Shown here one piece after another: positions 1 to 9,482 of a stretch of 64,000 nucleotides of DNA. Each line of letters opens with the position of its first letter. Position 1 is the first letter of the stretch. A model generated the notes under the pieces. It saw nothing but the letters and a program-made list of their open reading frames with translations, was not told the origin of the DNA and ran no database searches. The translations under genes and the position numbers were made by a program. Source of the stretch: Elusimicrobiota bacterium (GTDB lineage Bacteria > Elusimicrobiota > Elusimicrobia > UBA1565 > JACRDR01); NCBI GenBank assembly GCA_041694815.1, contig JBGFSC010000033.1, forward strand, positions 8,148 through 72,147, given 5' to 3'.

Positions 1-312
1 AGGCAGTATCCTTGGTAGCTCAGGGGGCGCAGCAGGTAGCTGGAGATGCGTCCCGAGGCGATTTCGCCGACCACCTCCCAGCCGCGCCCCGTGAACGCGA
101 AGGAGCGTAGCAGGGAGACGGCGAGCACGTAGCTGAGCATCTGGGCCCTGGAGTAGCCCAAAAAGCGTTCGTCTTGGCCCAGCAGGGCGGACCAGAAGAA
201 ATACAGCGCGAGGATGGCCGCCAGGCCCCCGACGCGGTCCATCAGTAGGGAGGCGCGCCGCTGCAGCACGTTCTGCAGGCTCAGCGAATAAACGTAGAGG
301 TACTTGCTCATG
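1..312 (-). CDS. ABC-2 type transporter permease, partial (N-terminal part; gene continues past window start)
   Basis: Minus-strand ORF starting MSKYLYVYSLSLQNVLQRRASLLMDR..., hydrophobic. Its start overlaps the stop of the upstream ATPase gene (CATCTGGCATGAGC). Confidence 0.5.
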
Positions 313-1294
313 CCAGATGGGAGCTGTCGGCGAAAAGGCTGCGGACTACTTCCTGCACGGGGGTCTCCTCGATGGTGAGGTCCGCGACGGGAAAGCGGGA
401 GAGCAGAGCGGCGGCGCGCTTGGAAACCTCCGAGCGCGGCACCTCGATGACCGCGTGCAGCCCTCCGTTTTCGGCCACCCGGCCGATCTCCTCGAGCGCG
501 GAGGCGGGGACCGCCTCGTTGAAGTCCGCGCGGATCACCTTGACCGGGGCGTAGCGCTCCACGACCCGGCGCAGCGAGCCGTCGTATAGCAGCCGCCCCG
601 AATCGATGATCAACACGCGGGGGCAGAGCTCGACGATATCGTCCATGTTGTGGCTGGTGAGCAATACGGTGGCCTTGTTGCGCCGGTTGTATTCCAGGAC
701 GAATTGGCGCACGCGCTTCTGCATCACCACGTCGAGCCCCAGGGTCGGCTCGTCTAGCAGCAGCAATCTAGGCCGATGGAGTATGGCCACCGCCAGCTCC
801 GCCTTCATGCGCTGGCCGAGCGAGAGCTTCTTGACCGGGATCGACAGGCAGCCTTGCAGCTCGAGCAGGTCGACGAGCTCCTCGACGCTGCGCCGGTACT
901 CGGCCTCGGGGACCTCGTAGATCTTCTGATTCAGGCGGAAGGTCTCCTGCGCGGGCAATTCCCACCACAATTGGGAGCGATGCCCCATGACCAGCGAGAA
1001 CTGCTTCTGGAATTCCGATTCCCGCTTCCAGGGCACGAAGCCGAGCACGGAGGCCGTGCCGGAGCTGGGGTTGAGCAGGCCCGAGAGCATCTTGAGGGTC
1101 GTCGTCTTCCCCGCGCCGTTGGCGCCTAAAAATCCGACGAGCTCGCCTTCCTCGATCCGGAAGCTGGCGCCGACGACGGCGGGAATGTCGCGCCATTGGC
1201 GGTGCAACAGGGATTTAAAGGCGTTCCAGAGTCCGGGCCCCTTCTCCGGCACTCGAAAAGTCTTGCTGAGGTTGGAAGCCTCGACGATAGCCAC
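308..1294 (-). CDS. ABC transporter ATP-binding protein
   Basis: Walker A GANGAGKTT, ABC signature LSLGQRMK, Walker B LLLLDEPT, H-loop TSHNM. Confidence 0.9.
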   Translation of the reverse strand: MAIVEASNLSKTFRVPEKGPGLWNAFKSLLHRQWRDIPAVVGASFRIEEGELVGFLGANGAGKTTTLKMLSGLLNPSSGTASVLGFVPWKRESEFQKQFSLVMGHRSQLWWELPAQETFRLNQKIYEVPEAEYRRSVEELVDLLELQGCLSIPVKKLSLGQRMKAELAVAILHRPRLLLLDEPTLGLDVVMQKRVRQFVLEYNRRNKATVLLTSHNMDDIVELCPRVLIIDSGRLLYDGSLRRVVERYAPVKVIRADFNEAVPASALEEIGRVAENGGLHAVIEVPRSEVSKRAAALLSRFPVADLTIEETPVQEVVRSLFADSSHLA

Positions 1295-1320
1295 GCCTTA
1301 TTGTACTAAAGCTATGCGTT

Positions 1321-1818
1321 TTAAGGTTTGAATCCAATTTTCGGAGAGGGCCTTTTCTGGCCCGCCATAAGCCGCCGAATGGCACCGAAAATGTTCTGGA
1401 TGTAGATGTCATGGCCCTGCATTTTACGCTCGAGTTTCTGTAATTTTTGGGCGGACTCTTTGTGGGTAGAGATTATTTCGCGCAGTCGAATGAAGGCCCG
1501 CGCTATTTTTACGCTGGCCTCGATGGCGACCGGGGTGTGGAGAACGCTGGAAAGCATGACTGCGCCATACTCCGTAAAGACGTGCGGGAGATAACGGCGT
1601 CCTCCGCGGCCCATGTTTGAGGTTGCAAAATGCAACCTCAAAGAATCGGCCTCCTCGGGAGTCAATTGGAACATGAAGTCTTCGGGAAAGCGCTTTCAAT
1701 TGCGGCTGACTTGTTGATTAAGCCGTTTTGTCGTGACGCCGTAAAGAGCTACGAGATCAACGTCGAGCATGACTTTGTGGCTGCGAATCAAATAAATGCG
1801 GCGCTCGATTTGTTCCAT
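1321..1818 (-). pseudogene. ORF6N-domain protein interrupted by a single in-frame TGA
   Basis: N-terminal 40 codons MEQIERRIYLIRSHKVMLDVDLVALYGVTTKRLNQQVSRN (1818..1699), then TGA at 1698-1696. The same frame continues KRFPEDFMFQLTPEE...GGRRYLPHVFTEYGAVMLSSVL (track ORF 1321..1674). The joined ~165 aa matches the ORF6N family end to end. Confidence 0.65.
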
Positions 1819-1951
1819 GGGAATTATTGATTTCATTCGGGCTCCTGCTACATATATATACGAGTGAACCCCACCTTTTGTTCCCTTCTTCTGCAGAAAT
1901 TCTGCAACAAAGGCCTATTGGGGTATTAGGTCTTTAGTCTCATGCGGGGGT

Positions 1952-2644
1952 ATGAGATCCGGGGTTACTATAAGCCAGGTCATGAAAAGGCGATTTCGTC
2001 GATATGGCCTAGCGGCTCTTTTCCTATGCCAGGGCCTGGGACTTTCCGGATTTCGCCGGCCTGAATCCAGCGTGGGAAAGCCATCGAACCCGGAACCAAA
2101 ATTTCCTTTGCTTGGCGACGTCGTTGACCTGGATGCAGTCACAGAGGAGCTGTTAGGAGAGTTGGATAAGTTGCGAACTTCGACGAGTCCGTCGCCGTTA
2201 GGCGTTATGGATCCTCGTGATCTAATTGACCCGGCGTTAGGCGGGCGCTTGGCAAGGTCGATTCAATTCCGTTTGCCTGGGCCGGCCGAAGCGGAACGTC
2301 TTTTGCGGTATTATGTACGCAAGAAACGTATATCACTGGACATCGATGTTGATTTGCGGGCGGTGGCCTCCGAGGCTCAGGGTTTATCCTCTGCTCAACT
2401 AAAACAGCTAGTCGATGAGGCAGGCTCACAGATGGCGTGTCGGTGGGCGTCTTCAGTGAATGCGGATGATTTCCGTGAAGCATTGGAGGTGTTGCAAATG
2501 GGGCCGGTCCAAGCTGAGGAAGCGAGGAGAAGAAGAAGGGAAGAAGCAATGAATGAGCTGGCAGAGCGTTTCCGCCATCAGGCGACCGCCTTGCCTGGCG
2601 AAGGAATCGAAACCGCTGTAGAGCGATTTAGGTTGCAGTGGTAA
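1952..2644 (+). CDS. exported degenerate AAA+ domain protein (sensor and lid regions kept, no Walker A); probable start 1982
   Basis: MKRRFRRYGLAALFLCQGLGLSG is signal-peptide-like. DLIDPALGGRLARSIQFRLPGPAEAERLL resembles the AAA second region of homology. DVDLRAVASEAQGLSSAQLKQLVDEAG is a lid-like helix. No GxxGxGKT motif. C-terminal tail ...TAVERFRLQW. Confidence 0.5.
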   Translation: MRSGVTISQVMKRRFRRYGLAALFLCQGLGLSGFRRPESSVGKPSNPEPKFPLLGDVVDLDAVTEELLGELDKLRTSTSPSPLGVMDPRDLIDPALGGRLARSIQFRLPGPAEAERLLRYYVRKKRISLDIDVDLRAVASEAQGLSSAQLKQLVDEAGSQMACRWASSVNADDFREALEVLQMGPVQAEEARRRRREEAMNELAERFRHQATALPGEGIETAVERFRLQW

Positions 2645-3369
2645 CTGTTCCTAAAGTTGAGAATGCGTGGAAAGTGGATGCCTGGCACCCAATGAATCGC
2701 CTGGGGCGATCCGTTCGTCTTTTGATCTTTTTGTCGAGCGCGTTGACGCCGGCCTCCGCCATCGGGCCTCGTGGTCCGGGGACGCCGCCGCCAACGTCTT
2801 CGGATCCCGCAAAAACCCGGTTAGCGGATTTGCTAGCCAAGCTGCGAGGAACAGGAAACAAAATTTGTGCAGCAACAATATTACTCACGGGTGTAGAGGA
2901 TAGAGATCGAGACGACATACTTTCTTTGTTGGATCCGATGCCGATAGTTGTAGTTCATCCCGATGGGCTCCGTGCGAACTATGTCGGAGGAGCCTCCCAG
3001 CGTCTTAATGAGGTGTTCAGCCAGGTGACGGCTAAGCACGACGGAGGAGCTTTGTATCTTGATGATTTTGATGAATTTAATAAGGACCCGGTATTAAGGT
3101 CGCAAACGATAATGGGCATAGATACGGCGGTCGCGCTGAGCAAACTAAAGGGATTTCCGGTATTGATATTTGCGCAGACCAATTGGCCGGAGCGCCTAGA
3201 CCCTGCTTTGCGTCGCCGCTTCGCGTACGTGATCAACTGGCGAGCGGACGAACTTCTTCGTGATAAGCAGATTAAGAGGCTGCAAGAACTCCTGGCCGAT
3301 CAGGCTTCGCCGGTCTCTGCTTGGGCGGATGCCGAGACTGCGGAGCGGCGCTTCAAGCTGCCTTGGTAG
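2638..3369 (+). CDS. exported P-loop-less AAA+-like protein; probable start 2692
   Basis: MNRLGRSVRLLIFLSSALTPASA is signal-peptide-like. ILLTGVEDRDRDD sits where GPPGTGKT would be. LYLDDFDEF is Walker-B-like. VLIFAQTNWPERLDPALRRRF matches the sensor-1/arginine-finger region. C-terminal tail ...ETAERRFKLPW. Confidence 0.5.
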   Translation: MVTVPKVENAWKVDAWHPMNRLGRSVRLLIFLSSALTPASAIGPRGPGTPPPTSSDPAKTRLADLLAKLRGTGNKICAATILLTGVEDRDRDDILSLLDPMPIVVVHPDGLRANYVGGASQRLNEVFSQVTAKHDGGALYLDDFDEFNKDPVLRSQTIMGIDTAVALSKLKGFPVLIFAQTNWPERLDPALRRRFAYVINWRADELLRDKQIKRLQELLADQASPVSAWADAETAERRFKLPW

Positions 3370-3407
3370 TTGCTTCCCCGGGCTTATTTTGATAATATAA
3401 CGTTTCC

Positions 3408-3719
3408 ATGTACGCGATCATCGAGACGGGCGGCAAGCAGTTCTGGGTCACCCCCGGCGAGGTCATCCGGGTCGAGAAACTCGAGGCCAAGGAAGGCTCG
3501 GAGCTTAAGCTCAAGGCCCTCTGGGCCGCGGGCGAGCCCGGGCAGGGCGGCGACTCCAAGAAGCTGCCCTCCGCCGAGGTAACGGTGCAGGTCGTCAAGC
3601 AGCTGCGCGCGCCCAAGGTCATCGTCTTCAAGAAGCGAACCAAGAAGGCCTACCAGAAGACCCAGGGCCATCGCCAGGACCTGACCGAGATACGCATCAA
3701 AGAAATTTCCCTGAATTAA
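3408..3719 (+). CDS. rplU: 50S ribosomal protein L21
   Basis: MYAIIETGGKQFWVTPGEVIRVEKL is a typical L21 N-terminus. Sits directly upstream of L27. Confidence 0.9.
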   Translation: MYAIIETGGKQFWVTPGEVIRVEKLEAKEGSELKLKALWAAGEPGQGGDSKKLPSAEVTVQVVKQLRAPKVIVFKKRTKKAYQKTQGHRQDLTEIRIKEISLN

Positions 3720-3731
3720 CCGGATTTATTT

Positions 3732-4010
3732 ATGGCACATACAAAAGCGCAGGGCTCTTCCTCAAACGGACGCGACAGCCATGGGCAGCGCCTGGGCGTC
3801 AAGCGCTACGGCGGCCAATTCGTCCTGGCCGGCTCGGTGCTGGTCCGCCAGCGTGGCACCAAGTTCCTTCCGGGGCTCAACGTGGGCCGCGGCAAGGACG
3901 ACACCCTCTTCGCCAAAGCCTCGGGTGTGGTGACATTCCAGTGGGCCAAGAAGGACAAGAAGCGCCTGAGCGTCATCCCTTCCGGCAACGGCGCCGCGAA
4001 CGGCCAGTAA
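3732..4010 (+). CDS. rpmA: 50S ribosomal protein L27
   Basis: [31 protein letters not shown] is the canonical L27 N-terminus. Confidence 0.9.
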   Translation: MAHTKAQGSSSNGRDSHGQRLGVKRYGGQFVLAGSVLVRQRGTKFLPGLNVGRGKDDTLFAKASGVVTFQWAKKDKKRLSVIPSGNGAANGQ

Positions 4011-4037
4011 GACTCCGTTTTCCTCGAGGACCGGCGA

Positions 4038-5354
4038 GTGACAAACTTCGTCGATAAAGTCCGCATTTTTGCCAAGGGCGGGCAGGGGGGAGACGGCTGC
4101 CTTTCCTTCCGTCGGGAGAAATACGTAGAATTCGGTGGACCCGACGGCGGAGACGGCGGGCGGGGCGGCGACGTCTACCTCGTCGCCGACCGTAATCTTG
4201 GCACCCTGCTGGATTTTACCCGTCGGCCCCATCTCGAGGCTTTATCCGGAGAAAACGGCAAGGGCGCCAATAAGACGGGGCGGGGGGCAGACGATCTTAT
4301 CGTCTCGGTCCCGATCGGGACGATGGTCTACAAAAGGGACCAATTGCTCGCGGATCTAGTCGAAGAGGGCCAGAGGGTGCTCGTCGCCAAGGGCGGCCGC
4401 GGCGGCCGAGGTAACCTGTCATTCAAGAGCCAGCGCAACACCGCTCCCCGCATCGCCGAGAAGGGCGAGCCCGGCGAGCAGGCCGTCGTCGACCTGGAGC
4501 TCAAGCTCATCGCCGACGTGGGCCTGACCGGGCTGCCCAACGCGGGCAAGTCGACGCTGCTGGCCAGGCTCAGCCGCGCGCGCCCCAAGATCGCGGATTA
4601 CCCGTTCACCACCCTGGCGCCGCATTTAGGCGTCGTCGAGCATAAGCGCTCGAGCTTCATCATGGCCGACATCCCGGGGCTCATCGAGGGGGCGCATCGC
4701 GGCAAGGGCTTGGGTGACGCCTTCCTGCGCCATATCGAGCGCACGCGCCTGCTGGTTCACTTGGTCGATCCGTTGGGCTACGGCGGCAAAAGCGCCGAGG
4801 ATGGGGTGCGCGTCATCGAGGCGGAGCTTAAGTCTTTTTCCGCGAGGCTGGCGAAGAAGCCGCGCGTTCTGGTGGTCAACAAGATGGATCTGCCCGAGGG
4901 CCCCGTCGTGCTGCGCCGATTGCGCGGCCGCTACAGAACCCGTCCCGTCTTCGGCATCTCCTGCGCCTCGGGGCAGGGGGTCTCCGAGCTCGCCGACCGG
5001 CTCGCCGAGGAGCTCGCCCGCCTGCCTCGGGAGGGCGAGGGGGCGGCCCGGCCGGCCGGGCCCGAGAAGCTCCTGGTTAGCCCCGGCTTCGAGATCCGGC
5101 GGAGGCAGGGGGGCTTCGAGGTCTCGGGAGCCTACGTCGAGCGGATCGTGCGCATGGCCGACCTGTCGCTGCCCGAATCGGTCGCGCGGCTGCAGCTGGC
5201 CCTGCGGAAGGTCGGGGTCGACCGTGCGCTTCGTAAGGCCGGCATCCAGAACGGCGACGTCGTTCGCGTGGCGGGGCACGAATTCGAGTGGTCGGACGCC
5301 CCCTTCGCCCCACCGCCCCGCATCCCCCGTACCCGGCGCACCCGCATCCAATGA
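4038..5354 (+). CDS. obg: GTPase Obg/CgtA
   Basis: Obg fold N-terminal domain [27 protein letters not shown]...[13 protein letters not shown]-domain motifs [22 protein letters not shown]. Conserved rplU-rpmA-obg order. Confidence 0.9.
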   Translation: MTNFVDKVRIFAKGGQGGDGCLSFRREKYVEFGGPDGGDGGRGGDVYLVADRNLGTLLDFTRRPHLEALSGENGKGANKTGRGADDLIVSVPIGTMVYKRDQLLADLVEEGQRVLVAKGGRGGRGNLSFKSQRNTAPRIAEKGEPGEQAVVDLELKLIADVGLTGLPNAGKSTLLARLSRARPKIADYPFTTLAPHLGVVEHKRSSFIMADIPGLIEGAHRGKGLGDAFLRHIERTRLLVHLVDPLGYGGKSAEDGVRVIEAELKSFSARLAKKPRVLVVNKMDLPEGPVVLRRLRGRYRTRPVFGISCASGQGVSELADRLAEELARLPREGEGAARPAGPEKLLVSPGFEIRRRQGGFEVSGAYVERIVRMADLSLPESVARLQLALRKVGVDRALRKAGIQNGDVVRVAGHEFEWSDAPFAPPPRIPRTRRTRIQ

Positions 5355-6232
5355 ACACGCTGCGGGAGTACGAGGCGCGGATACAGGACGTGGGAGGCAT
5401 CGACGGCGCCGTCTTGTTCTGCGAGCGCCTGGCCTCCCGCCACTACGAGAATTTCCCCGTCGCCTCCAGGCTGCTGCCGCGGCACACCCGGCGCCACGTG
5501 GCCGTGCTCTACGCCTTCGCGCGCATCGCCGACGATTTCTCCGACGAGGCCGAGTACGAGGGCGTGCGCCGCCAGCGCCTGGAGGACTGGCGCAGGCAGC
5601 TGTGGGCTATCGGCAAGGAGCCGCCCCGGCATCCGGTGTTCCTGGCCATGGAGGAGAGCCTCCGGCAGCTCGACCTGCCCCGCGAGCCCTTCGACGACCT
5701 GCTGAGCGCGTTCCTGCAGGATGTCGACAAGCGCCGCTACGCCAGCTTCGATGAGGTGGCCGATTATTGCCGGCGCTCCGCTAATCCCGTGGGCCGGATC
5801 GTGCTCATGATACACGGCTACCGCGATCCGGAGCTCTTCAAGCTCTCCGACGCCATCTGCACCGGGCTGCAGCTCGCCAATTTCTGGCAGGACGTGTCCG
5901 TCGATCTGAAAAAGGACCGCATCTACATCCCGGAGGAGGATTTCCGCCACTTCGGCTACGGCGAGGCGGACCTTCGCATGGGAGTCGTCAACGAGCGCTT
6001 CCGCAACCTCATGAAGCACCAGTGGAAGCGCACCCGGGCCCTCTTCGAGACCGGCCGGCACCTGTGGCCGAGGCTCCGGTTCCCGCTCTCCTGGGAGATC
6101 AAGCTGACCTGGCTGGGGGGAAACCAGGTGCTTCATAAGATACGCCGCGCCGGTTTCGACACGCTGCACCAGCGCCCAGCCCTGACGAAATGGGATTGGA
6201 TGAAGCTGCTGTTGTTCGGGTGGGCGGCGTGA
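5351..6232 (+). CDS. hpnC: squalene/phytoene-synthase-family enzyme, HpnC-like (hydroxysqualene synthase)
   Basis: YENFPVASRLLP, AFARIADDFSDE and YIPEEDF motifs. Precedes an HpnD-like and an HpnE-like gene. Confidence 0.7.
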   Translation: MNTLREYEARIQDVGGIDGAVLFCERLASRHYENFPVASRLLPRHTRRHVAVLYAFARIADDFSDEAEYEGVRRQRLEDWRRQLWAIGKEPPRHPVFLAMEESLRQLDLPREPFDDLLSAFLQDVDKRRYASFDEVADYCRRSANPVGRIVLMIHGYRDPELFKLSDAICTGLQLANFWQDVSVDLKKDRIYIPEEDFRHFGYGEADLRMGVVNERFRNLMKHQWKRTRALFETGRHLWPRLRFPLSWEIKLTWLGGNQVLHKIRRAGFDTLHQRPALTKWDWMKLLLFGWAA

Positions 6233-7077
6233 CGGGCGGGGAGGCGGCGGCCCGGCGCTCGAGCTTCTACGTGGGGTTCCTGTTTTTGCCCTCCGAGAAG
6301 CGCCGCGCGCTCACCGAGGTCTACGGCTTCTGCCGGATGATCGACGACATCGTCGATTCGGGAGAGCTCACCCGTGTTGAAGCCGAGAAGAGGCTTGAGT
6401 TCTGGCGCGAGGAGATCGCGCGGCTCTACGAGGGCAGGCCGGGCCATCCCGTGTCCCAGGCGCTCGCCTACCCCGTCGAGCGCTTCGCCCTGCCGCGGCA
6501 GGCCTTCCTGGACCTCATCGGCGGCTGCGCGATGGACTTGGAGCGCCGCCGCTACGAGGATTTCAAGGAGCTGGAGGCCTATCTCTACGGCGTCGCCGTC
6601 ACGGTGGGGCTTCTCTGCGTCGAGATTTTCGGCTACCGTCACAGCGACGCGGCGCGCGTTCGGGAATACGCGACGCACCTGGGCTACGCCTTCCAGCTCA
6701 CCAATATCCTGCGCGACGTGGGCGCCGATCTCGAGATGGGGCGGATCTACCTGCCCCTCTCGGAAATGCGCGCGGCAGGCTACTGCGTCGAGGAGCTCCA
6801 TAGCCGCCAGCATAACAAGGCCTTCGTGGCGCTCATGGAGGCGCAGTATGCGCGCGCCAAGGGCTATTACGCCCGCGCGCGGACCCTGCTGGACCCGCGC
6901 GATCGCGCGGGGATGCTCGCCGCCGAGCTCATGGCCCGTCATTATGAAGGGGTGCTCGACGAGATACGCCGGCGGCAGTACAGGGTCTTCTTCGAGCGGA
7001 TCGGCTTGAGCCCCTGGCAGAAGCTGCGTTTGGCCGCGGCCGGCTGCGCCTACAGCTATGGGCTTGTGACACCATAA
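6190..7077 (+). CDS. hpnD: presqualene diphosphate synthase HpnD-like
   Basis: SSFYVGFLFLPSEKRRALTEVYGFCRMIDDIVDS, YAFQLTNILRDVGADLEMGRIYLP. Second squalene-synthase-family paralog in the hpnC-D-E order. Confidence 0.7.
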   Translation: MGLDEAAVVRVGGVTGGEAAARRSSFYVGFLFLPSEKRRALTEVYGFCRMIDDIVDSGELTRVEAEKRLEFWREEIARLYEGRPGHPVSQALAYPVERFALPRQAFLDLIGGCAMDLERRRYEDFKELEAYLYGVAVTVGLLCVEIFGYRHSDAARVREYATHLGYAFQLTNILRDVGADLEMGRIYLPLSEMRAAGYCVEELHSRQHNKAFVALMEAQYARAKGYYARARTLLDPRDRAGMLAAELMARHYEGVLDEIRRRQYRVFFERIGLSPWQKLRLAAAGCAYSYGLVTP

Positions 7078-7329
7078 TATGGACGATCTGGAGGCCCGAG
7101 CTTGAGACGATTTCGAGGCGCGACGAGGGAGCATAGCCGTAGGCTATGTGACCGAGGAGCAACGATGAAATCGGCCAAGCTCGGGCCTCCCCGCAGGGGC
7201 CGGGCGATTTTGGGCTGCGCCAGCGTCGCTCGTCGCTCACATACCGCTGCGGGTATGCTCGCTCCTCGCTCCTTGGCTCGCTCCAAAATCGCCTCGGCCA
7301 GATCGTCCATATTATGGTGTCACAAGCCC
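7060..7329. repeat. intergenic element bounded by a perfect 32-bp inverted repeat (gggcttgtgacaccataatatggacgatctgg), with internal hairpins
   Basis: Left arm 7060-7091, right arm 7298-7329 as exact reverse complement. Inner palindromes catagccgtaggctatg and cataccgctgcgggtatg. Overlaps the hpnD stop and ends 2 nt before the hpnE ATG. Confidence 0.7.
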
Positions 7330-7330
7330 T

Positions 7331-8680
7331 ATGGCCTTCTCTGACGTCGTCGTCCTGGGCGGCGGCTTCGCCGGCCTCGCCTGCGCGAGCGCGCTGGCCG
7401 AGCGCGGCGCGCGCGTGACCTTGCTCGAGAAGAAGCCCCATCTGGGCGGGCGCGCCTATTCCTTCAGGGAGCCCGGGACAGGCGCCGTCATCGACAACGG
7501 ACAGCATCTGTTCATGGGCTGCTACGGCGAGACGAAGGCCTTCCTGGGCCGCGTCGGCTCGGCTTCCTTGTTGCGTTTCTCCCGGGGGACTCGCGTCGAC
7601 TACCGCGACGGCATGGGCCGGCGCGACGCGCTGTCGTGCCCCGCGGCGCTGCCGGCGCCCTGGCATCTGGCCTTCGGCGTGCTCGGGCTCGCGGGGCTGT
7701 CCTTGCTCGACAAATGGAATCTCCGGAAGCTCAAGACCTTCTTCGATGAGGGCGGCAGGGACCGCTCCGCCGAGCTCGATGCCATGACGGCGCGGCAATG
7801 GTTGAGTTCCGTCGGCCAGTCGCCGCGGGCCCAAGAGAGGCTCTTTGACCCCATCGCCATCGGAGCCTTGAACGAGTCGCCGGAGCGCGCCTCGGCGCTG
7901 GGCCTGGCCCAGGTGCTCGAGCGCCTCTTCTTCCGCGACGCCGAGGATTCCCGGCTCGGCCTCGCGTCCGTTGGCCTAAGCGAGCTCTATACCGAGCAGG
8001 CGCGGCGATTCATCGAGTCCCGCGGCGGCCGCGTCGTGCTCGGCAAGAAGGCCGCCGCCTTGGAAAGCGAGGGCGGCAGGATTTCCGCGGTGAGAACCTT
8101 ATCCGGAGAGCGCATCGCGGCCGATGCGTTCGTCTCGACCCTGCCGCCGTGGGCATTGGACAAGCTCGAGCGGCCCCTTGAGCTTCACGGGGAGTGGTCG
8201 GGACTTAAGCCCTCGCCGATCATCGGCATTAATCTGTGGCTTGATCGGGCCGTGCTGGAGGAGCCCTTGATCGGGCTCCTGGGAACCTCGATCCATTGGA
8301 TTTTCAACAAGAACGCGCTCTGGGGGCTCCGCACGCAAGAGCAATATCTGTCGCTGGTCATCAGCGGAGCCCATGATTTCCTCGGCGCCCCGCCCGCCTC
8401 CTTGCTGGAATTGGCCAAGCGGGATCTGGAGCGCTGCTTGCCCGATTTTAAAAAAGCTAACATAAGCCGATGGTACGTGGTCAAGGAGCCCTTCGCGACG
8501 CTGTCTCCGGTTTGCGGCTCCGACCGGCTGCGGCCGCGCCACGAGTCGCCGCTGCCGAACTTTTTTTACGGCGGGGATTGGACGCAGACCGGGCTTCCGG
8601 CGACCATCGAGAGCGCGGTGCAAAGCGGCCACGCCTGCGCGCGGCTGATAGGGAGGGGAGTCCATGATCAAGTCCGATAA
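7331..8680 (+). CDS. hpnE: FAD-dependent hydroxysqualene dehydroxylase HpnE-like (amine-oxidase family)
   Basis: [40 protein letters not shown] dinucleotide-binding motif. Sits directly downstream of hpnD. Confidence 0.7.
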   Translation: MAFSDVVVLGGGFAGLACASALAERGARVTLLEKKPHLGGRAYSFREPGTGAVIDNGQHLFMGCYGETKAFLGRVGSASLLRFSRGTRVDYRDGMGRRDALSCPAALPAPWHLAFGVLGLAGLSLLDKWNLRKLKTFFDEGGRDRSAELDAMTARQWLSSVGQSPRAQERLFDPIAIGALNESPERASALGLAQVLERLFFRDAEDSRLGLASVGLSELYTEQARRFIESRGGRVVLGKKAAALESEGGRISAVRTLSGERIAADAFVSTLPPWALDKLERPLELHGEWSGLKPSPIIGINLWLDRAVLEEPLIGLLGTSIHWIFNKNALWGLRTQEQYLSLVISGAHDFLGAPPASLLELAKRDLERCLPDFKKANISRWYVVKEPFATLSPVCGSDRLRPRHESPLPNFFYGGDWTQTGLPATIESAVQSGHACARLIGRGVHDQVR

Positions 8681-9233
8681 GTGGATACGGAAAATGTCGC
8701 TGCAGCATAAGATGATCGACCCCTTCGTTGAAAAGCTGCAGGCCAACGGCCAGATTTCCTACGGGCTCTCCTCGTATGGCTACGATATCCGCGTCACCGA
8801 CCAATTCAAGATCTTCACCAACGTGCTGGGGGCCGTCGTCGACCCCAAGAATTTCGACGAGAAGTCCTTCGTTGATTTCAGAGGCCCTTTCTGCATGGTC
8901 CCGCCCAACTCCTTCGCACTCGCCCACTCCTTCGAATATTTCCGCATCCCGCGCAACGTGCTAGGGATATGCATTGGCAAGAGCACCTACGCCCGGTGCG
9001 GCATCGTCGTCAACATTACCCCGTTGGAGGCCGAGTGGGAGGGGCACCTGACGATCGAGATATCCAACACGACGCCCCTGCCGGCCAAGATCTATTCGAA
9101 TGAAGGGATCGCGCAACTCATCTTCCTGGAGTCCGACGAGGTCTGCGAGACCTCGTATAAAGACCGCAAGGGCAAGTACCAGGCCCAGCAAGGCATCACC
9201 CTGCCGCGCATCCTGAGCGCTTCGGCGTCGTAA
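8664..9233 (+). CDS. dcd: dCTP deaminase
   Basis: [31 protein letters not shown] and [15 protein letters not shown] motifs. Confidence 0.85.
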   Translation: MIKSDKWIRKMSLQHKMIDPFVEKLQANGQISYGLSSYGYDIRVTDQFKIFTNVLGAVVDPKNFDEKSFVDFRGPFCMVPPNSFALAHSFEYFRIPRNVLGICIGKSTYARCGIVVNITPLEAEWEGHLTIEISNTTPLPAKIYSNEGIAQLIFLESDEVCETSYKDRKGKYQAQQGITLPRILSASAS

Positions 9234-9482
9234 AAAGCGGTAACTTTCGCCTGCAAACGCGGCTTCGGCCTGTTCCCCAGCGCCGCTACTTGAGGCGTAC
9301 CTTTTAGTAGCCGCGTTCGTCGCTCTTTGATTCGTCTCGAAATCCGTATTTTTGCGTTCGAACCGTGTTTTTGAACGGCTTCTAGAAAAATATCCACCTT
9401 ATTGCAAAAACCATTTATAACAATTGCGTTTTTTGCGCCAACTCCGTCTGAAAAGAGTTGGAGCGAAAAGACTTTATAGAAC

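Noticed and set aside
1696-1698. In-frame TGA in the ORF6N gene read as tryptophan or glycine (genetic code 4 or 25) or as selenocysteine
   Set aside because: The genome is high-GC and TGA ends obg and other genes here. The aligned family position is hydrophobic rather than Cys. No SECIS-like hairpin is evident. A nonsense mutation or error is more parsimonious.
4714-5754. 346-aa + strand ORF overlapping obg and hpnC in an alternate frame (also 6374..7009 inside hpnD)
   Set aside because: Ser/Arg/Pro-rich low-complexity translation, wholly embedded in confidently assigned genes.
7102-7344. 80-aa + ORF and 84-aa minus ORF inside the hpnD-hpnE inverted-repeat element as possible small genes, for example a transposase remnant
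   Set aside because: Too short. Both are generated by the palindromic sequence itself. No transposase motifs.
9340-9480. Possible tRNA in the AT-rich spacer (gcgttcgaacc resembles a T-loop)
   Set aside because: No acceptor-stem complement, no D-arm GG motif and no anticodon stem of correct spacing. It is probably just a hairpin or terminator region.
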